Both the position numbers and the translations under genes were made by a program. Positions 62,579-64,000 of a stretch of DNA of 64,000 nucleotides are shown in pieces. This stretch comes from Octopus sinensis (Eukaryota), in assembly GCF_006345805.1 (NCBI RefSeq), contig NC_042998.1, positions 94,116,001-94,180,000 of the forward strand, read 5' to 3'. The notes beneath the pieces are model-generated. The model saw nothing but the letters and a program-made list of their open reading frames with translations, was not told where the DNA came from and searched no databases. Every line of letters starts with the position of its first letter. Position 1 is the first letter of the stretch.

Positions 62579-64000
62579 ACACACACGCGCACACACTCAA
62601 ATGCAGGCATGCATGGAAGATGAACATTAAACGATGATAATGATGATGACGATGATAATGATGATATATATATATATATGTATACACAATGAATTTCTTT
62701 CAGTTTCTTATTTCTTTACTGCCCACAAGGGGCTACACACAGAGGGGACAGACAAGGACAGACAAAGAATTCTCCAAAGCTGACATGCCATTAAAGGAAA
62801 GGACAAGTTTATTGCCTGGAGATAAGAGGATAGTCACAAACATATGTTCCTGCCTCTATAAATGTCATCAGTACAACCTTATTGTTCAACCTTATGTCCT
62901 GTAGTCAAGTGACTTAGGCTTGTGGATTCATGTGTGTAATACATATTGAACTCTGTCTTTCATGCTGGTTGAGAATGCCTTCTCTACAATACTTCAATAC
63001 TTCAACCTACTCAACCCTTTGTCCCTTCATTTTTGAGGGTCTGTTTTCCTTAGATCTGATTTCTCCACTTCTTCATCCACTCTCTCATTTCTCTCTACTT
63101 TTCTGACCAACATCATTCACATCACATATTCATATTAGTAAAGCTGTTCTTCTTTCTCATATCAGCAGTGCTGTGTAGCTGTTATATGCAGTTGCCCCTC
63201 TCACACATGTCTATTCTAACATGATACTAAAAAACACTTAAGAAAAATAACATAAAAATCTTCTATATTACAAGACTTGTGTAATATCATTAATGAAAAA
63301 AAAGCCTTACACTGACAGCTGATGTGTTTAATCCCCAACTGCTTTCTTATCTCACTTACACTTTGCCTTTCCTGCATTGTAAATCTAAATAATCATGCTC
63401 GGTTCATTCTTCTTTGTTTGCCACAGGTGTCTTACATTCAATTTCCAAGTCTCACTAGTGTTCAATATCAATTTTCTTCCATATCCTTCAAATACACTGT
63501 CTTTTCGAATAGAGAGAGAATTTTTTAAATTCCGACTTTAGTAAGAGTTCTCTGATTAGTTCCCAACTTTTATATAGGAGTATCCCCAGTGACTTGCAAA
63601 AGCACTTGTTCCACATAAAAGCACCCACGACAGTGCCACACATGACCAACCATGCTGGTACCACCCAAAAGCACCTATGCTGCTGCCATGTATAATGAAC
63701 CTATGCTGGTGTCACTTAAAAGGCACCCAGTGCACTCTGTAAAGTGGTTGGCATTAGGAAGGGCATCCAGCTGTAGAAACCATGCCAAAACTGACAATTG
63801 GTGCCTAGTCAGCACTCCAGCTGGCCAGATCCTGTCAGTCTGTCCAGCCTGTGCAAGCAAGGAAAACGAAGGATAAATGATGATGATATTCATCTAAGTT
63901 TATTTCATTTTATCTTTTAATCAGAAGGGAAGGCAGTGCCCATGACTTTTTACAAGGCCCTCCACCAAAACTTCTGAGAGGGAGGAAGGTATCCTCAGAC

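Overview
This is 64 kb of very AT-rich, microsatellite-dense animal DNA. The SINE/RTE repertoire and repeat density look like an octopus (coleoid cephalopod) genome; this is inference, with no database check. No host protein-coding gene can be supported: nearly all short ORFs in the track are translated microsatellites or transposon debris. The window is a mosaic of tRNA-derived SINEs, RTE-clade LINE fragments with (GAT)n tails, Tc1/mariner and pogo-like DNA transposons, Helentron-type HINEs, a solo LTR, a CRE-clade LINE remnant and Penelope-like (PLE) remnants. Highlights: (1) A young ~4.4 kb RTE LINE (55845-60300) has its 5' 1.44 kb inverted with a 16-bp breakpoint duplication, the twin-priming signature. 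It has an open 799-aa RT-bearing frame, a PHD-type finger and a candidate in-frame 117-nt intron. (2) Eight minimal type I hammerhead-ribozyme-like motifs from several short repeat families are present. One sits downstream of a PLE GIY-YIG-type C-terminus, and several are embedded in head-to-head foldbacks, including a near-perfect 158-bp-arm palindrome with one hammerhead on each strand.
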